Numbered from the whole stretch's first letter, positions 39,890 through 52,290 are shown. The stretch is 63,235 nucleotides of DNA, filler included, from Octopus bimaculoides (GCF_001194135.2; 9 parts of 7 records of this genome joined end to end with filler, not necessarily neighbours in it); one strand, 5' to 3'. Notes: generated from the sequence alone by a model not told the origin. Translations and numbers: made by a program.

Positions 39890-41800
39890 GATGAGTAAGA
39901 TTGATACCATTAACATTCTATTTAAATTGTTGCATGATGACTGCAAGTAAGACATATGCAAAGAGGGAATTCCAGAGGATCAACATACTGGGAAGGAAGT
40001 ACTGAGTATAGTGGTTAATACAGGGCCTGGGAGGTCGGACACAACATGGGTCATGAGAAGAGGGGAGACAAATGAGAGAAATGTTCCTCTCACAATAGTA
40101 ACAATAATTACAATAAAAACAAGAACAATAGTAACAGCAATTAAAGAGACACCCCTGAAAACATAGATATGGTGATGGCCATCTAAGGCCACAGACCAGT
40201 TGCAAAGTATGTCAACATAGAACATCTGCAACAAGATATGAACTATGGACCACTTGATCAGCTAACAGCTGTCAATTCAGTTAAGTAATGCTCTTGATAA
40301 AGTAATTGTGAGTCAATCGATTACAGCATGAATTATTTAATATTAAAGTAGATATGATATCGTCATTATACTTACCATCCAGAATAAATTTGCAAGTATC
40401 CAGACCAACATAATCTGATAATTCAAAAGGACCCATAGGATAACCAGCACCAAGTTTCATGGCAATATCAACATCTTCGGGACTTGCATCACCTATGTTA
40501 AGAAAAAAAAACGTGTACATGTATGACATCACCAACATCACCAGTTAACATCTGTCTTCCATACTGACATTGGCTGGACAGTTCAACAGGAACCAACTAA
40601 CCTAAGAGGTGTATTGGTCTCCATGTTAAATGACCTTCACAGAGTCTCGAGATCTTTAAATTTTTAAATCTTTAAATTGTTTCAGTTTCAAAGCTGAGGT
40701 CATGCTGGGACACCACCATTGACTCTGCTTCACCATTATTTGAAACCTCCACTGATATGTAACATTTGGTGAATAAAAGAGTTTGATGCTGCTGCCCTCA
40801 TCTGTGTTTCCTGACGTGAGGAAGGTGAGTAAGATTGATACCATTAACATTATGTTTAAATTGTTACAAGATGATGACTGCAGGTAGGACATATGCAAGG
40901 AGGGAATTCCAGTGAGTCAACATTCTGGGAAGGTTTCAACAGTTGGCTGCCTTTCCTAACATCAATCACTTTATAGAGTGAACTAAGTACATTTTTCGTG
41001 ATTCCAGCACTAGCGGAGTCACCAAGTAATATGCATGACAAGATCCCTTCACAGAGTTGGGATGCAGTAGTGAGGAAGGTGGCATTGAACAAGGTGTAAA
41101 GAGGCTAAAAGGAAAGAGGGACAAGAACAGGTGTCTTGCTAAAGTTTTACCAACAAAAAGTGGCAGTGACCATGACTGTTGCAGATTTTCTGACACTGGT
41201 ATGATTGATTAAGTTGCTACAAAATTTTAACATCTGTAAGCTGATGTCTTCAGGAATCTCACGGAAGGAAGTCCAGAGAGTTGATGCTCTGGGGAAGAAG
41301 GACTGGACAGAATGGTCAGCATGGGACCAGAGGGTTTGGCGTAATAGAGGTAATGGGAGGAGGGATAGGTAGGTCTGCATGGAGGTCATATAAAATGAAC
41401 TAGTTCAGATCAGCAGAGGCTGATTATTAGTGACAGAATAGGAAGATAAAACAAACAGTATGTCTGTAAGTCAGTGATTGTAACATATTGGTGCAGGAGT
41501 CTCTGCCCATGAGTTAAATAGACTTATTTATGATGCTGTCTAAAATGTACTTGAGTATAGTGACAGCACTGTCTTAGATATGAGAGTAGTATTTCATCAT
41601 GGGTTCAGTTTTGTAAAGAGTTAATAGTGGAACATAGTTGGATTATTTTCTGGTTCTGCAGAAGACAAATCTTTGGGAAAGAGTTTTAGCTAGGGTATGT
41701 ATGTGGAGTCACTAGCAGATGTTGCTTACCTGAGCCTTTGAGGCTTTTGATCGCGTTTTATCCAAGCATGAGAGTGTTGGGTACAAGACAGCTGCACAGA
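39890..41800 (-). mobile_element. Several CR1/L2-like LINE 3' remnants around HADH exon 40376-40492
   Basis: QYFLPSMLILWNSL (39893-40050), a related copy at 40827-40933, and QSFFPRASTLWTSF (41147-41389) resemble the CR1/L2 C-terminal FFPRT..LWNSLP. Confidence 0.6.
40376..40492 (-). CDS. HADH: Penultimate coding exon of HADH (dimerisation domain)
   Basis: Reads taacatag|GT GAT GCA...GAT G|gtaagt = (G)[38 protein letters not shown](G). 117 nt, phase 1/1, joins the terminal exon in frame. The PMGPFEL.D.VGLD motif is diagnostic. Confidence 0.96.
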
Positions 41801-42589
41801 ATAATTGTGTCATTATGCTTTCAAAAGATACAAGGTTGTCATGCTGAACTAAAAGATATTTAATTCAGTCGAAGTGTATACATATACATAGATATGTATG
41901 TATATGTACACACACACGTGTGTGTTTATATATATATATATATATATAGATATAGATATATAGGGCAGGGAATCGTCAATTAGTAATAAAATTAATAATT
42001 AACAATTTTGCCGAGTAGCTCAGTATGCAAAAACCTTTATCGGTAAAACCATTTATAATCATAAATATACAGGGATTANNNNNNNNNNNNNNNNNNNNNN
42101 NNNNNNNNNNNNNNNNNNNNNNNNNNNNNNNNNNNNNNNNNNNNNNNNNNNNNNNNNNNNNNNNNNNNNNNNNNNNNNNNNNNNNNNNNNNNNNNNNNNN
42201 NNNNNNNNNNNNNNNNNNNNNNNNNNNNNNNNNNNNNNNNNNNNNNNNNNNNNNNNNNNNNNNNNNNNNNNNNNATATATATATATATAAAAGAGAGACA
42301 CAGAGAGAAATGGTCTCTAAAATAATTGTAATGCTGTAATACTTGGAGATTATAATACTTGGAGGATTATGATTTTGACCTACTGTGTCAATACAGGGTG
42401 CATCATATAAGATAACTATATGTTCTGAAATTAATCTTAACAACCTATTAGTTCAATGTTACTCTTTCATTAGCTACAAACTGAAGGTTAGAGTACTCAC
42501 AAACCTATCTTCAAATGATATCTCACTAAAACTAGATAAAAGGATAAAAACCCTTCCCAATTAGACACACAGTGTTGATTTTCCAGTTT

Positions 42590-42790
42590 CCATGGTGCAT
42601 ATATTTTCCACTCTGGATGGGACACCAGTCTGTCAAATGAAATACTCATTTTTGTCAGCTGAGTGGACTGGAACAACATGAAGTGAAGTGTTTTGCTCAA
42701 GAACACAATGCATTGCCAAGTCCAGGAATCAAAACCACAATCTTACTATCATGAGTCCAATATCCTAACCACTGAGCCACCCACCTCCAC
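42590..42790 (-). mobile_element. tRNA-derived SINE (family E), eroded
   Basis: Minus-strand head gtggctcagtggttagg...tttgattcctggac, then gagcaaaacacttcac...ccactcagctg. Related to 51955-52290. Confidence 0.7.
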
Positions 42791-42934
42791 TCACTGAGAA
42801 TACTGGCAACAATTTTATCAACCTCAGAGGTATAAATGGCTAAATAAGCTAAAGTGAAATGTGAACCTTAGAACTGTAAAATCTGAAGTTGTTTCTCTTA
42901 AAATAACAATTTCGATGATTTTATAACTGTGAAA

Positions 42935-43280
42935 TCATGATGGCACCTGTGCCCAGGGTCGCCTTTCTGGCACTTGTGCCCGTGGCATGTGTAAGGACTT
43001 TCGAGCAAGATCATTGCCAGTGCCCCTGGACTGGTTCTTGTGCAGGTAGCACATAAAATACACCATTTTGAGCGTGGCCGTTGCCAGTACCGCCTGACTG
43101 GCCTTCGTGCCGGTGGTACATAAAAGCACCCACTACACTCTCAAAGTGGTTGGTGTTAGGAAGGGCATCCAGCTGTAGAAACTCTGCCAAATCAGATTGG
43201 AGCCTGGTGTAGCCATCTGGTTTCACCAGTCCTCAGTCAAATCGTCCAACCCATGCAAGCATGGAAACGATGATGATGAT
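42935..43280 (+). mobile_element. Repeat family C
   Basis: Same body and (GAT)n tail as 37575-37905. Confidence 0.85.
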
Positions 43281-43532
43281 TATGACTTTATAGATGGAAA
43301 GAACAAACATTAAGTGAATCTGAAAGAACTCTCCAATAGCGTTCTAACAGGAATGAATCTGTGGGCTCTATATTATATCTGAGGTGCCGACTTTACAATA
43401 GTAACTCAGATCTGTTTGCAATATGTTAAGCACCAATGAACAGCTCGGTTTTTCATCTCCAACAGTCCTTATTTCAACATTATGACTAGCAATTATATTC
43501 CACAATCATAAACCCACAGATTTACATGCATG

Positions 43533-43564
<32 letters not shown>

Positions 43565-43844
43565 TTACAGGATACTTAAGTGTGCTTCATTTCTCTAAGC
43601 TATCTGAAATAAAGACCTGTTCTCAAAATGAAAATTGCTATTTTTTAATAATGTCTTATCCAAAGAAACATTTGTCTCTTAGCTATCAAACAACATGTTA
43701 CTAGAGTTAAGTAGCAGTTTTTAATAACCCTTGGGCTATAAGAAACAATTACGTCTATATTTTACATTTTCTTACAATGAGTTTAGGAAAGTGAGTAATT
43801 CTAAATGGAAGAAAACGAAAATCCAAGAAAAAGTTATAGGTGTA

Positions 43845-44022
43845 AACATGGTTGAGAGGTAAGACGTTTGCTTCCCAACCACATGGTCCAAGGTTCAGTC
43901 CCACTGCATGGAACCTTGGGCAAGTGTCTTGTACTATAGCTCCATCTAACCAAAGCCTTGTGAAGGGATTTGGGAATAGGAAACTGGAAGAAGCCAACTG
44001 TGTGTGCGTGTTTGAAAATATC

Positions 44023-44073
<51 letters not shown>

Positions 44074-44280
44074 TCATCATCATCATCATTTAGCATCTGT
44101 TATCCATGCTGGTATAGGTTGGATGGTTTCATCAGGGCTGGTAAGCTGAGGGGCTGCACCAGACTCCAGACTGATTTGGCATGGTTTCTACAGCTGGATG
44201 CCCTTCCGAATGCCAACCACTCTGAGAGTGTAATGGATGCTTTCGTGTGCCACCAGCACAGGTGCCAATTGCATGACACC
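43845..44280. mobile_element. SINE B 5' part (+, 43845-44010) and family C 3' part (-, 44075-44280)
   Basis: Family motifs as in the other copies. Confidence 0.75.
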
Positions 44281-45855
44281 AGTATCAGCATATTGCCAAA
44301 GGTCTCAGTATAGATTCAGGTAATCTGGTAGTACTCATAAAAAATGCTCCTTAATGTGTAATTGCACAAACCATATAGAATATATAGTAATATACAAGAG
44401 AAAAGGATAAGGATTGTATATAGTCATAAATGATAGAGAAATATTCAGATGAATCTTTATTTAATCATAAAAAAATCCAATTATCATGACAAATTTATTT
44501 CATAAACCAAAAATATGTAAATAACTTATATTATCATATTTAATAATAAATAAATTACTTATATGTCTGCACTAACACAAAATGTAAAAACTTTTTTCAA
44601 AATAATATAGAATTTGAGCTACGTCATCAAGTGGAATAGATTTTATGTTAAATATAAATCTAAGCATAACGAAATATGAATGCTGTGTTAAAACTCAGAA
44701 AGATTATCAAAGACAATAATGACGAAATTAATATAAATTAATAAAATAGTATTCATTCTTAATAGAATTGAAGGATAAAATCACATTAATGATTATATCA
44801 GGTAGCCAGCATGAAATAAAATCTTATAGGTAATTTATATATTAAATTGATAAATATATNNNNNNNNNNNNNNNNNNNNNNNNNNNNNNNNNNNNNNNNN
44901 NNNNNNNNNNNNNNNNNNNNNNNNNNNNNNNNNNNNNNNNNNNNNNNNNNNNNNNNNNNNNNNNNNNNNNNNNNNNNNNNNNNNNNNNNNNNNNNNNNNN
45001 NNNNNNNNNNNNNNNNNNNNNNNNNNNNNNNNNNNNNNNNNNNNNNNNNNNNNNNNNNNNNNNNNNNNNNNNNNNNNNNNNNNNNNNNNNNNNNNNNNNN
45101 NNNNNNNNNNNNNNNNNNNNNNNNNNNNNNNNNNNNNNNNNNNNNNNNNNNNNNNNNNNNNNNNNNNNNNNNNNNNNNNNNNNNNNNNNNNNNNNNNNNN
45201 NNNNNNNNNNNNNNNNNNNNNNNNNNNNNNNNNNNNNNNNNNNNNNNNNNNNNNNNNNNNNNNNNNNNNNNNNNNNNNNNNNNNNNNNNNNNNNNNNNNN
45301 NNNNNNNNNNNNNNNNNNNNNNNNNNNNNNNNNNNNNNNNNNNNNNNNNNNNNNNNNNNNNNNNNNNNNNNNNNNNNNNNNNNNNNNNNNNNNNNNNNNN
45401 NNNNNNNNNNNNNNNNNNNNNNNNNNNNNNNNNNNNNNNNNNNNNNNNNNNNNNNNNNNNNNNNNNNNNNNTGGTAAGCAAGCTACTTACCACACAGCCA
45501 CTCCTACGCCTATAACATATATATATATATTTGAAGAAAAGCAACAAAAATTCAATAGGTTATAGCAGTACGTACATTTCGTACAAACTTCATTTATTCA
45601 TGTAGTGAGAACACTACATAAAATGTGTAATGAAAATGTACTCCTCAGCTGCATAATGGAATTTCATTTTAGAAAGTCATTTTGTAGATGTGTGCAAAAA
45701 ACAAGAGTAAGAGAAGAAAAAATACCATCTTGACTGGGCTGTTGTTCAACAGTCTAGTTGGTTTTTACCCTACCAAATTCTGGTGCCCCAAACATTTTAA
45801 GTATCACATTTAATCCTTTGATTAAATCTATATTATTATATGTATATATATATAC

Positions 45856-45899
<44 letters not shown>

Positions 45900-46182
45900 A
45901 TATTATATAATTATTAATTTGATATATAAATTACCGATAAATTAATAAAAGGAATTTCTAATAAATTGAAGGGAATTTTAGTAATATAATTAAAAAAATA
46001 AACATTCTATAAACATAATTAGTATGTAAATAATTTCCAAACATGAATTATCATTATAATAGAGGTGGTGGAATTGACTATATAAATAAATGCATATACA
46101 TATGTAGATATATATACACATATAGTCAAATGTATATAGACACATATACATACATACATAAACATATGTGTGTGTATGCATG

Positions 46183-46215
<33 letters not shown>

Positions 46216-46550
46216 CCACACATATATATAGACCAATAGATGCTTATATAAACATTTAGAGCAACAAAGAGGGAAAGAGACATGCACATATATACACATA
46301 GACAGACACACATATAGACATATATACATATACACACATATGTAGATATATACAGATATACATACAAACACTTATATATCAGAATGTATAGATATAGACA
46401 ATCATATATAGATATTCATATAAATATATACATAGAATATATCTAAATACNNNNNNNNNNNNNNNNNNNNNNNNNNNNNNNNNNNNNNNNNNNNTTAATT
46501 AATTAANNNNNNNNNNNNNNNNNNNNNNNNNNNNNNNNNNNNNNNNNNNN

Positions 46551-46785
46551 CCTCTTCCTGATCCACGACTGCAGTTCGGTCATGGAGACGAGCTGCGGGA
46601 AAGCGCGCCGCACAAACGGCGACCACACCTGTTCACCGTTGTCTACGTAGAGCCGGAGATGTCGCAGTCTCAGCGCGTGTCTGCGCATCATCAACCACGG
46701 CATGCCCAGTCCTCCTTTTAACGGCTGTTGGCAGCAAACGGATCGCCTAACCATCGGAACACTTCCTTTCCACAAGAAGCGGAAG
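46551..46785 (-). mobile_element. Tx1/L1-clade ORF2 fragment
   Basis: FRFLWKGSVPMVRRSVCCQQPLKGGLGMPWLMMRRHALRLRHL...RAFPQLVSMTELQSW. Paralogous to 24445-24714. Confidence 0.85.
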
Positions 46786-46795
46786 AGGATGGGTG

Positions 46796-46849
<54 letters not shown>

Positions 46850-46851
<2 letters not shown>

Positions 46852-47134
46852 CAAACATCCCTCGTAAGTACGAAATAGCCCGGCTTTGGAAAATGAAGAC
46901 AGTGTCCTTGGAAACGGTATCACAAGGCATCAAGATGAATATAAAGGTAAATGGAATAGAGTGCCCAGTAGAACTGTTACAAAAGGTTTGCCTCCTTGGC
47001 ACGGCCAGAATAATCAGGAAAGTATTAGCTGAAAAGAACGAATAGCATGGTACCGTAGGTTTCGAGTAATAAACCCGCTACGCATGCAAGACTTCAACAA
47101 AACCTGTGACAATGAGCAAAAAATAATAATAATA
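46850..47134 (+). mobile_element. R4/Dong-type RLE LINE extreme 3' end
   Basis: KYEIARLWKMKTV...ELLQKVCLLGTARIIRKVL...*, short 3' UTR, (AAT)n tail. Confidence 0.8.
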
Positions 47135-47594
47135 CCAAAAGGGAGCAAACAAATTTGTAGCCTTAATTCCTGGAATCCTAAAGTAAGTGAATCACAAATG
47201 ATCATACATATAGTAACCTCATACATATTACGTAAGTTCCTCTCCATGTTATTGCAGTATTATTCATTCGGTAGCATTGTGAAATATATAAAAGAAATTT
47301 TTATATACATATTTATTACGCACGGACATCAATTTGTCTACAACCGCAACTTCAGCTTTAGATGAGGTTATATGTTAACATAATTATTTCAGCAAATATT
47401 AAACGATTTACTAGAAATAATTATGCGATTATCAGAAATAGCTATATCAGTCAACACTTAATCATTTTAATTACATCGGCAACCATGGGAATGCATCATT
47501 ACGAAATTACAAAAACCGGAACTTAAATGGAATACAAGATAAAAATTTGGGTTAAATGGATGCAAAATATTTCTCAATACAGAAAATTAATAAT

Positions 47595-47765
47595 AATCTT
47601 TTCTACTGGAAGCACAAGGCTTCAAATTTGGAGGGAGGGATTAAGTCGATCACATCTACTCCAGTGCGTAACTGGTACTAATTTTATCAATCCCGAAAGG
47701 ATGAAAGGCAATGTCAACCTCGGTGGAATGTGAACTCAGAACGTAACAGCAGACGAAATAACGCC
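47595..47765 (-). mobile_element. SINE family A next to (TAA)n
   Basis: Family motifs; (AAT)n at 47765-47840. Confidence 0.8.
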
Positions 47766-47780
47766 TTAATAGTAATAGTA

Positions 47781-47840
<60 letters not shown>

Positions 47841-48292
47841 TAGTTAATGATAAGCATCCTTGTCCCAAAACATTTTGATTCCTGCTTCATTTTACATTCT
47901 GATTCCTGCTTCTACACAAGTCAGTCTTCAATATAACTTCACATCTTATAAACCTTACGTAAGTGATATACCATGTCGATCCCGGTTCAACTGCGCAGAT
48001 TGTTACATTTTATAAATCAACTAATCTGAATGTTTGAAGGTAAAATTACCTTTTCGCATTATCCATTGCTTTGACTCTCCGCTTCATTATCACTCTCTCT
48101 CNNNNNNNNNNNNNNNNNNNNNNNNNNNNNNNNNNNNNNNNNNNNNNNNNNNNNNNNNNNNNNNNNNNNNNNNNNNNNNNNNNNNNNNNNNNNNNNNNNN
48201 NNNNNNNNNNNNNNNNNNNNNNNNNNNNNNNNNNNNNNNNNNNNNNNNNNNNNNNNNNNNNNNNNNNNNNNNNNNNNNNNNNNNNNNNNNNN

Positions 48293-48345
<53 letters not shown>

Positions 48346-48437
48346 GTATGTATATATAGGAGAGTATTGTTGTTCGCTTGAAGCATTGTGTATTGTTTGT
48401 AAAATATAATGTGACCTGAATGGCACAACAATGCACC

Positions 48438-48698
48438 ACAATAATAACAATAGACTATAATAACTGAATATATTTTAATCATCCATCGTCTGATATAATA
48501 TTTCGGAATATCAAAATTCCCAGGGATTAGCATTGACTCGATCAATTCCTGGGGATATCTGAAGAAGGAATTTCTATATTCCGTAATATTATATCAGGTG
48601 ATGGATGATTAAAAAAAATTAAGTTATTATAGTCCATTGTTGTTATTATAGTCCATTGTTGTTATTATAGTCCATTGTTGTTATTATAGTACATTGTC
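48438..48698. repeat. Foldback element with ~85-bp arms and a terminal 19-bp tandem repeat x4
   Basis: 48438-48520 matches the reverse complement of 48566-48650. gttattatagtccattgtt x4 at 48623-48698. Confidence 0.88.
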
Positions 48699-48741
48699 GT
48701 GCCATTCAAGACAGATCATATATATATATATATATATATAC

Positions 48742-48930
48742 TCTTTTACTCGCTTTTACTTGTTTCAGTCATTTGACTGCGGCCATGCTGGAGCACCGCC
48801 TTTAGTCAAGCAAATCGACCCCAGGACTTATTCTTTTGTAAGCCTAGTACTTATACTATCGGTCTCTTTTTGCCGAACCGCTAAGTTACGGGGACGTAAA
48901 CACACCAGCATGTTGGGGAGACAAACACAG

Positions 48931-48975
<45 letters not shown>

Positions 48976-49075
48976 NNNNNNNNNNNNNNNNNNNNNNNNN
49001 NNNNNNNNNNNNNNNNNNNTTAATTAATTAANNNNNNNNNNNNNNNNNNNNNNNNNNNNNNNNNNNNNNNNNNNN

Positions 49076-49107
<32 letters not shown>

Positions 49108-49840
49108 GATGTTCTCTCTCCCCTGTCGAATTCGATGTATGAGGGGACCAAGCAGTTTTACTTTCCTTCTTTTTCTTTTCTCGTCTCTTTCTTTTTTGCC
49201 TTCTCCCTTGTTTTTCATTTCTTCTCTTCATTCCTCTTTCTCTCCACTTTTCTTTTCTTCTTTTTCTCCTTTTTTTTCTCCCCCCCCCTCTCTTAGATAC
49301 ACACACATAAAAGTTGGTATTTTTCAGGATAATCTTGATAGAAAGTAGATTAAGCAAATCCCTTGGACTGCCCCCCCCCCATGTATACTTACATACATAT
49401 ATATGTGTGGTAGGAAGCTTGCTTCCCAACTACATGGTTTCAGGTTCAGTCCCGCTGCGTGGCACCTTGAGCAAGTGTCTTCTATTGGATTGGTGCATAA
49501 TTATTGCGGCTTTTTTATACACCAACCCAATATTAGAGGCACGGCCCGACCAAAGCCTTGTAATTAGATTTGATAGATGGAAACTTAAAGAAGCCCGTCG
49601 TATTTATATGTACGTGCTTATGCGTGTGTTTTTGTCTGTTTGTCCTCGCCACCATTGCTTGATAACTGATGCTGGTGTGCTTACATCCTCGTAACGTAGT
49701 GGTTCGGCAGAAGAGACCAATAGAATAAGCACCAGGGTTACAAAGAATAAATCCTGGGGGTCGATTTTTTCGACTAAAATGCTGTGTTCCATCATGGTTA
49801 CATTCCACTGACTAAAACAAGTAAAAGAATAAAAGTATAC
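48742..49840. mobile_element. SINE B copies (-, 48742-48935; +, 49405-49840), separated by a linker gap
   Basis: Family B motifs. Confidence 0.8.
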
Positions 49841-49859
49841 ACACACACACATATAGTAT

Positions 49860-50058
49860 AACGAAATTTTATTTAACAAAAATTGCACGACAAATTGTTT
49901 CGTAACTAAGAAACAAGTAAATAATTTATATTATTATATTTAATCATAAATGAATTACTTACATGCCTGCATGTAATATAAATTATTTACATGCTTCTAG
50001 GTTACGAAACAATTTGTCTTGGAATTAGAATATTTCTTTATTAAATAAAATTTCATCA
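49860..50058. repeat. AT-rich imperfect inverted repeat (MITE-like)
   Basis: gaaattttatttaa...gacaaattgtttcgtaac...gtaaataatttatatta is mirrored by taatataaattatttac...gttacgaaacaatttgtc...ttaaataaaatttc. Confidence 0.82.
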
Positions 50059-50202
50059 GACTATTTCTGTCATTTGTGACGATACACTCGTTAGTGTTTT
50101 CTACTGTATAGCACTATTTATTCTATATATTTCGGAGAATACTACATTAAGCAGTTTTGATGAGTACTACCGGATTAATTGAATCCACAGACTGTCATTT
50201 AA

Positions 50203-50280
<78 letters not shown>

Positions 50281-50608
50281 ATATATATATATGAGAGTAT
50301 TGTAGTTCGCTTGAAGCATTGTGTATTGTTTAATAATATGTTTTGAATGTCACAACAAGGACACAGGAAATGTGTCAAGGCCAACAGGAAGCGGTCTAGC
50401 TTCCTAGGGCTAAATAGCAGCAGTATCATTCCCTTAACGGGTCTGTCACATTAAGTTTACAGTAAACAACTGCTTTATCGTAACACTGCTGCTTAAGTCT
50501 CTCTGTGANNNNNNNNNNNNNNNNNNNNNNNNNNNNNNNNNNNNNNNNNNNNTTAATTAATTAANNNNNNNNNNNNNNNNNNNNNNNNNNNNNNNNNNNN
50601 NNNNNNNN

Positions 50609-50930
50609 GAGACCAACAGACATCCAGCAAGAGAGACCAACGAACATCCAGGACGAGAGACCAAAGAACATCCAGCAAGAGAGACCAAAAAACATCCAGC
50701 AAGAGAGACCAAAAAACATCCAGCAAGAGAGACCAACAGACATCCAGCAAGAGAGACCAACGAACATCCAGGACGAGAGACCAAAGAACATCCAGCAAGA
50801 GAGACCAAAGAACATCCAGCAAGAGAGACCAACAAACATCCAGCAAGAGAGACCAACAGACATCCAGCCAGAGAGACAAACAAACATCCAGCAAGAGAGA
50901 CCACGGAACATCCAGCAAGAGAGATGAACA
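50609..50930. repeat. 24-bp minisatellite, ~13 units (accaacagacatccagcaagagag)
   Basis: Direct reading. Explains the SLLLDVCW-repeat ORFs. Confidence 0.95.
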
Positions 50931-51116
50931 AGAGGTACTATAAACATATACATATATGTATACACACATATGCACATGTATGTGTGTGTGTGTGTGCGTA
51001 TATATATATATATATATATACATGTACACACACATGTATAGATATACATATATATATATACATATGTTCACAGATATACATATATATATATATACACACG
51101 TATATACATATACACG

Positions 51117-51168
<52 letters not shown>

Positions 51169-51224
51169 TACAAATACCTGTATACATATATGTATATATA
51201 TATACATATACAGACCTTTGGGAA

Positions 51225-51890
51225 TATGCTGTGGGTGAGAAAACCTGGCAAGCCAATTGAGACCATAATCCGAGGCCTCTGCCGGGGGTGTAGCCAGCCC
51301 ACTTATGTGTACCTTTCCTTCATTGGAGACTAAACTCGGCTTGTGAAGACCTGTTGGGGCAAGTGAAAGTGAAATCGTGATGGCCCCTGTACCAGTGGAG
51401 CACTAAGAGCACCGTCTGAGCGTGATCGTTGCCAGANNNNNNNNNNGTGGAGCACTAAGAGCACCGTCTGAGCGTGATCGTTGCCAGAGCAGCTGTCTGG
51501 CTTCCATGCCAGTGGCACATAAATAGCACCATTTGAGCGTGATTGTTACCAGTGTTGCCTTCCTGGCACTTGTGCCGGTGGCACGTGAAAAGATATTCGA
51601 GCGAGGTCATTGCTAGTGTCGCTGGACTGGCTCCTGTGCAGGTGGCACGTAAAATACACCATTTTGAGCATGGCTGTTGCCAGCACCGCCTTACTGGCCT
51701 TTGTGCTGGTGGCACATAAAAGCATCCACTACACTCTCGGAGTGGTTGGTGTTAGGAAGGGCATCCAGCTATAGAAACTTTGCCAGATCAGATTGGAGCT
51801 TGGTGTAGCCATCTGGTTCGCCAGTCCTCAGTCAAATCATCCAACCCATGCTAGCATGGAAAGCGGAAGTTAAACAATGATGATGATATG
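51225..51890 (+). mobile_element. Longest family C copy, with 5' unique part, tandem units and (GAT)n tail
   Basis: Array of ccggtggcac...aaaagcacc units, then the common RTE-like 3' end. Confidence 0.85.
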
Positions 51891-51954
51891 TATAAATATA
51901 TACACATATGTATACAGGTATATGTATACATGTGTATATATATATGTATAGTGA

Positions 51955-52290
51955 AGGTGCATGGCTCAGTGGTTAGAGCGTCAAGCTTACGATCGTGAGG
52001 TTGTGAGTTCGATTCCCGGACTGGGCTGCATGTTGTATTCCTGAGCAAGACACTTTATTTCACTTTTCTCCAGTTCACTCAGCTGTAGAAATGAGTTACG
52101 ACATCACAGGTGCCAAGCTGTATCGGCCCCTTTGCCTTTCCCTTGGATAACACTGGTGGCACGGAGAGGGGAAGCTGGTATGCATGGGCGACTGCTGGCC
52201 TTCCACAAACAACCTTGCCAGGACTTGTGCCACGGAGGGTAACTTTCTAGGAGCAATCCCATGGTCATTCATGACAGATAGGGTTCTCAA
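51955..52290 (+). mobile_element. tRNA-derived SINE (family E)
   Basis: Head tggctcagtggttagagcg...gagttcgattcccggac (A and B boxes), followed by a CORE/V-like gagcaagacacttt...ctccagttcactcagctgta segment. Confidence 0.85.

Noticed and set aside
47014-47247. Minus ORF with GFITRNLR, resembling a HADH exon or a mitochondrial presequence
   Set aside because: It is the antisense of the R4/Dong 3' end and UTR.
50609-50930. CRISPR-like appearance of regular repeats (also 48623-48698 and 38686-38782)
   Set aside because: Contiguous tandem units without unique spacers, no cas genes, eukaryotic context.
51385-51490. Exact duplication either side of a 10-N gap
   Set aside because: Typical unmerged contig overlap.
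51955-52030. tRNA-like sequences here and at 6655-6730
   Set aside because: A and B boxes are present, but there is no complete acceptor stem and they continue into SINE bodies. These are SINE heads, not tRNA genes.
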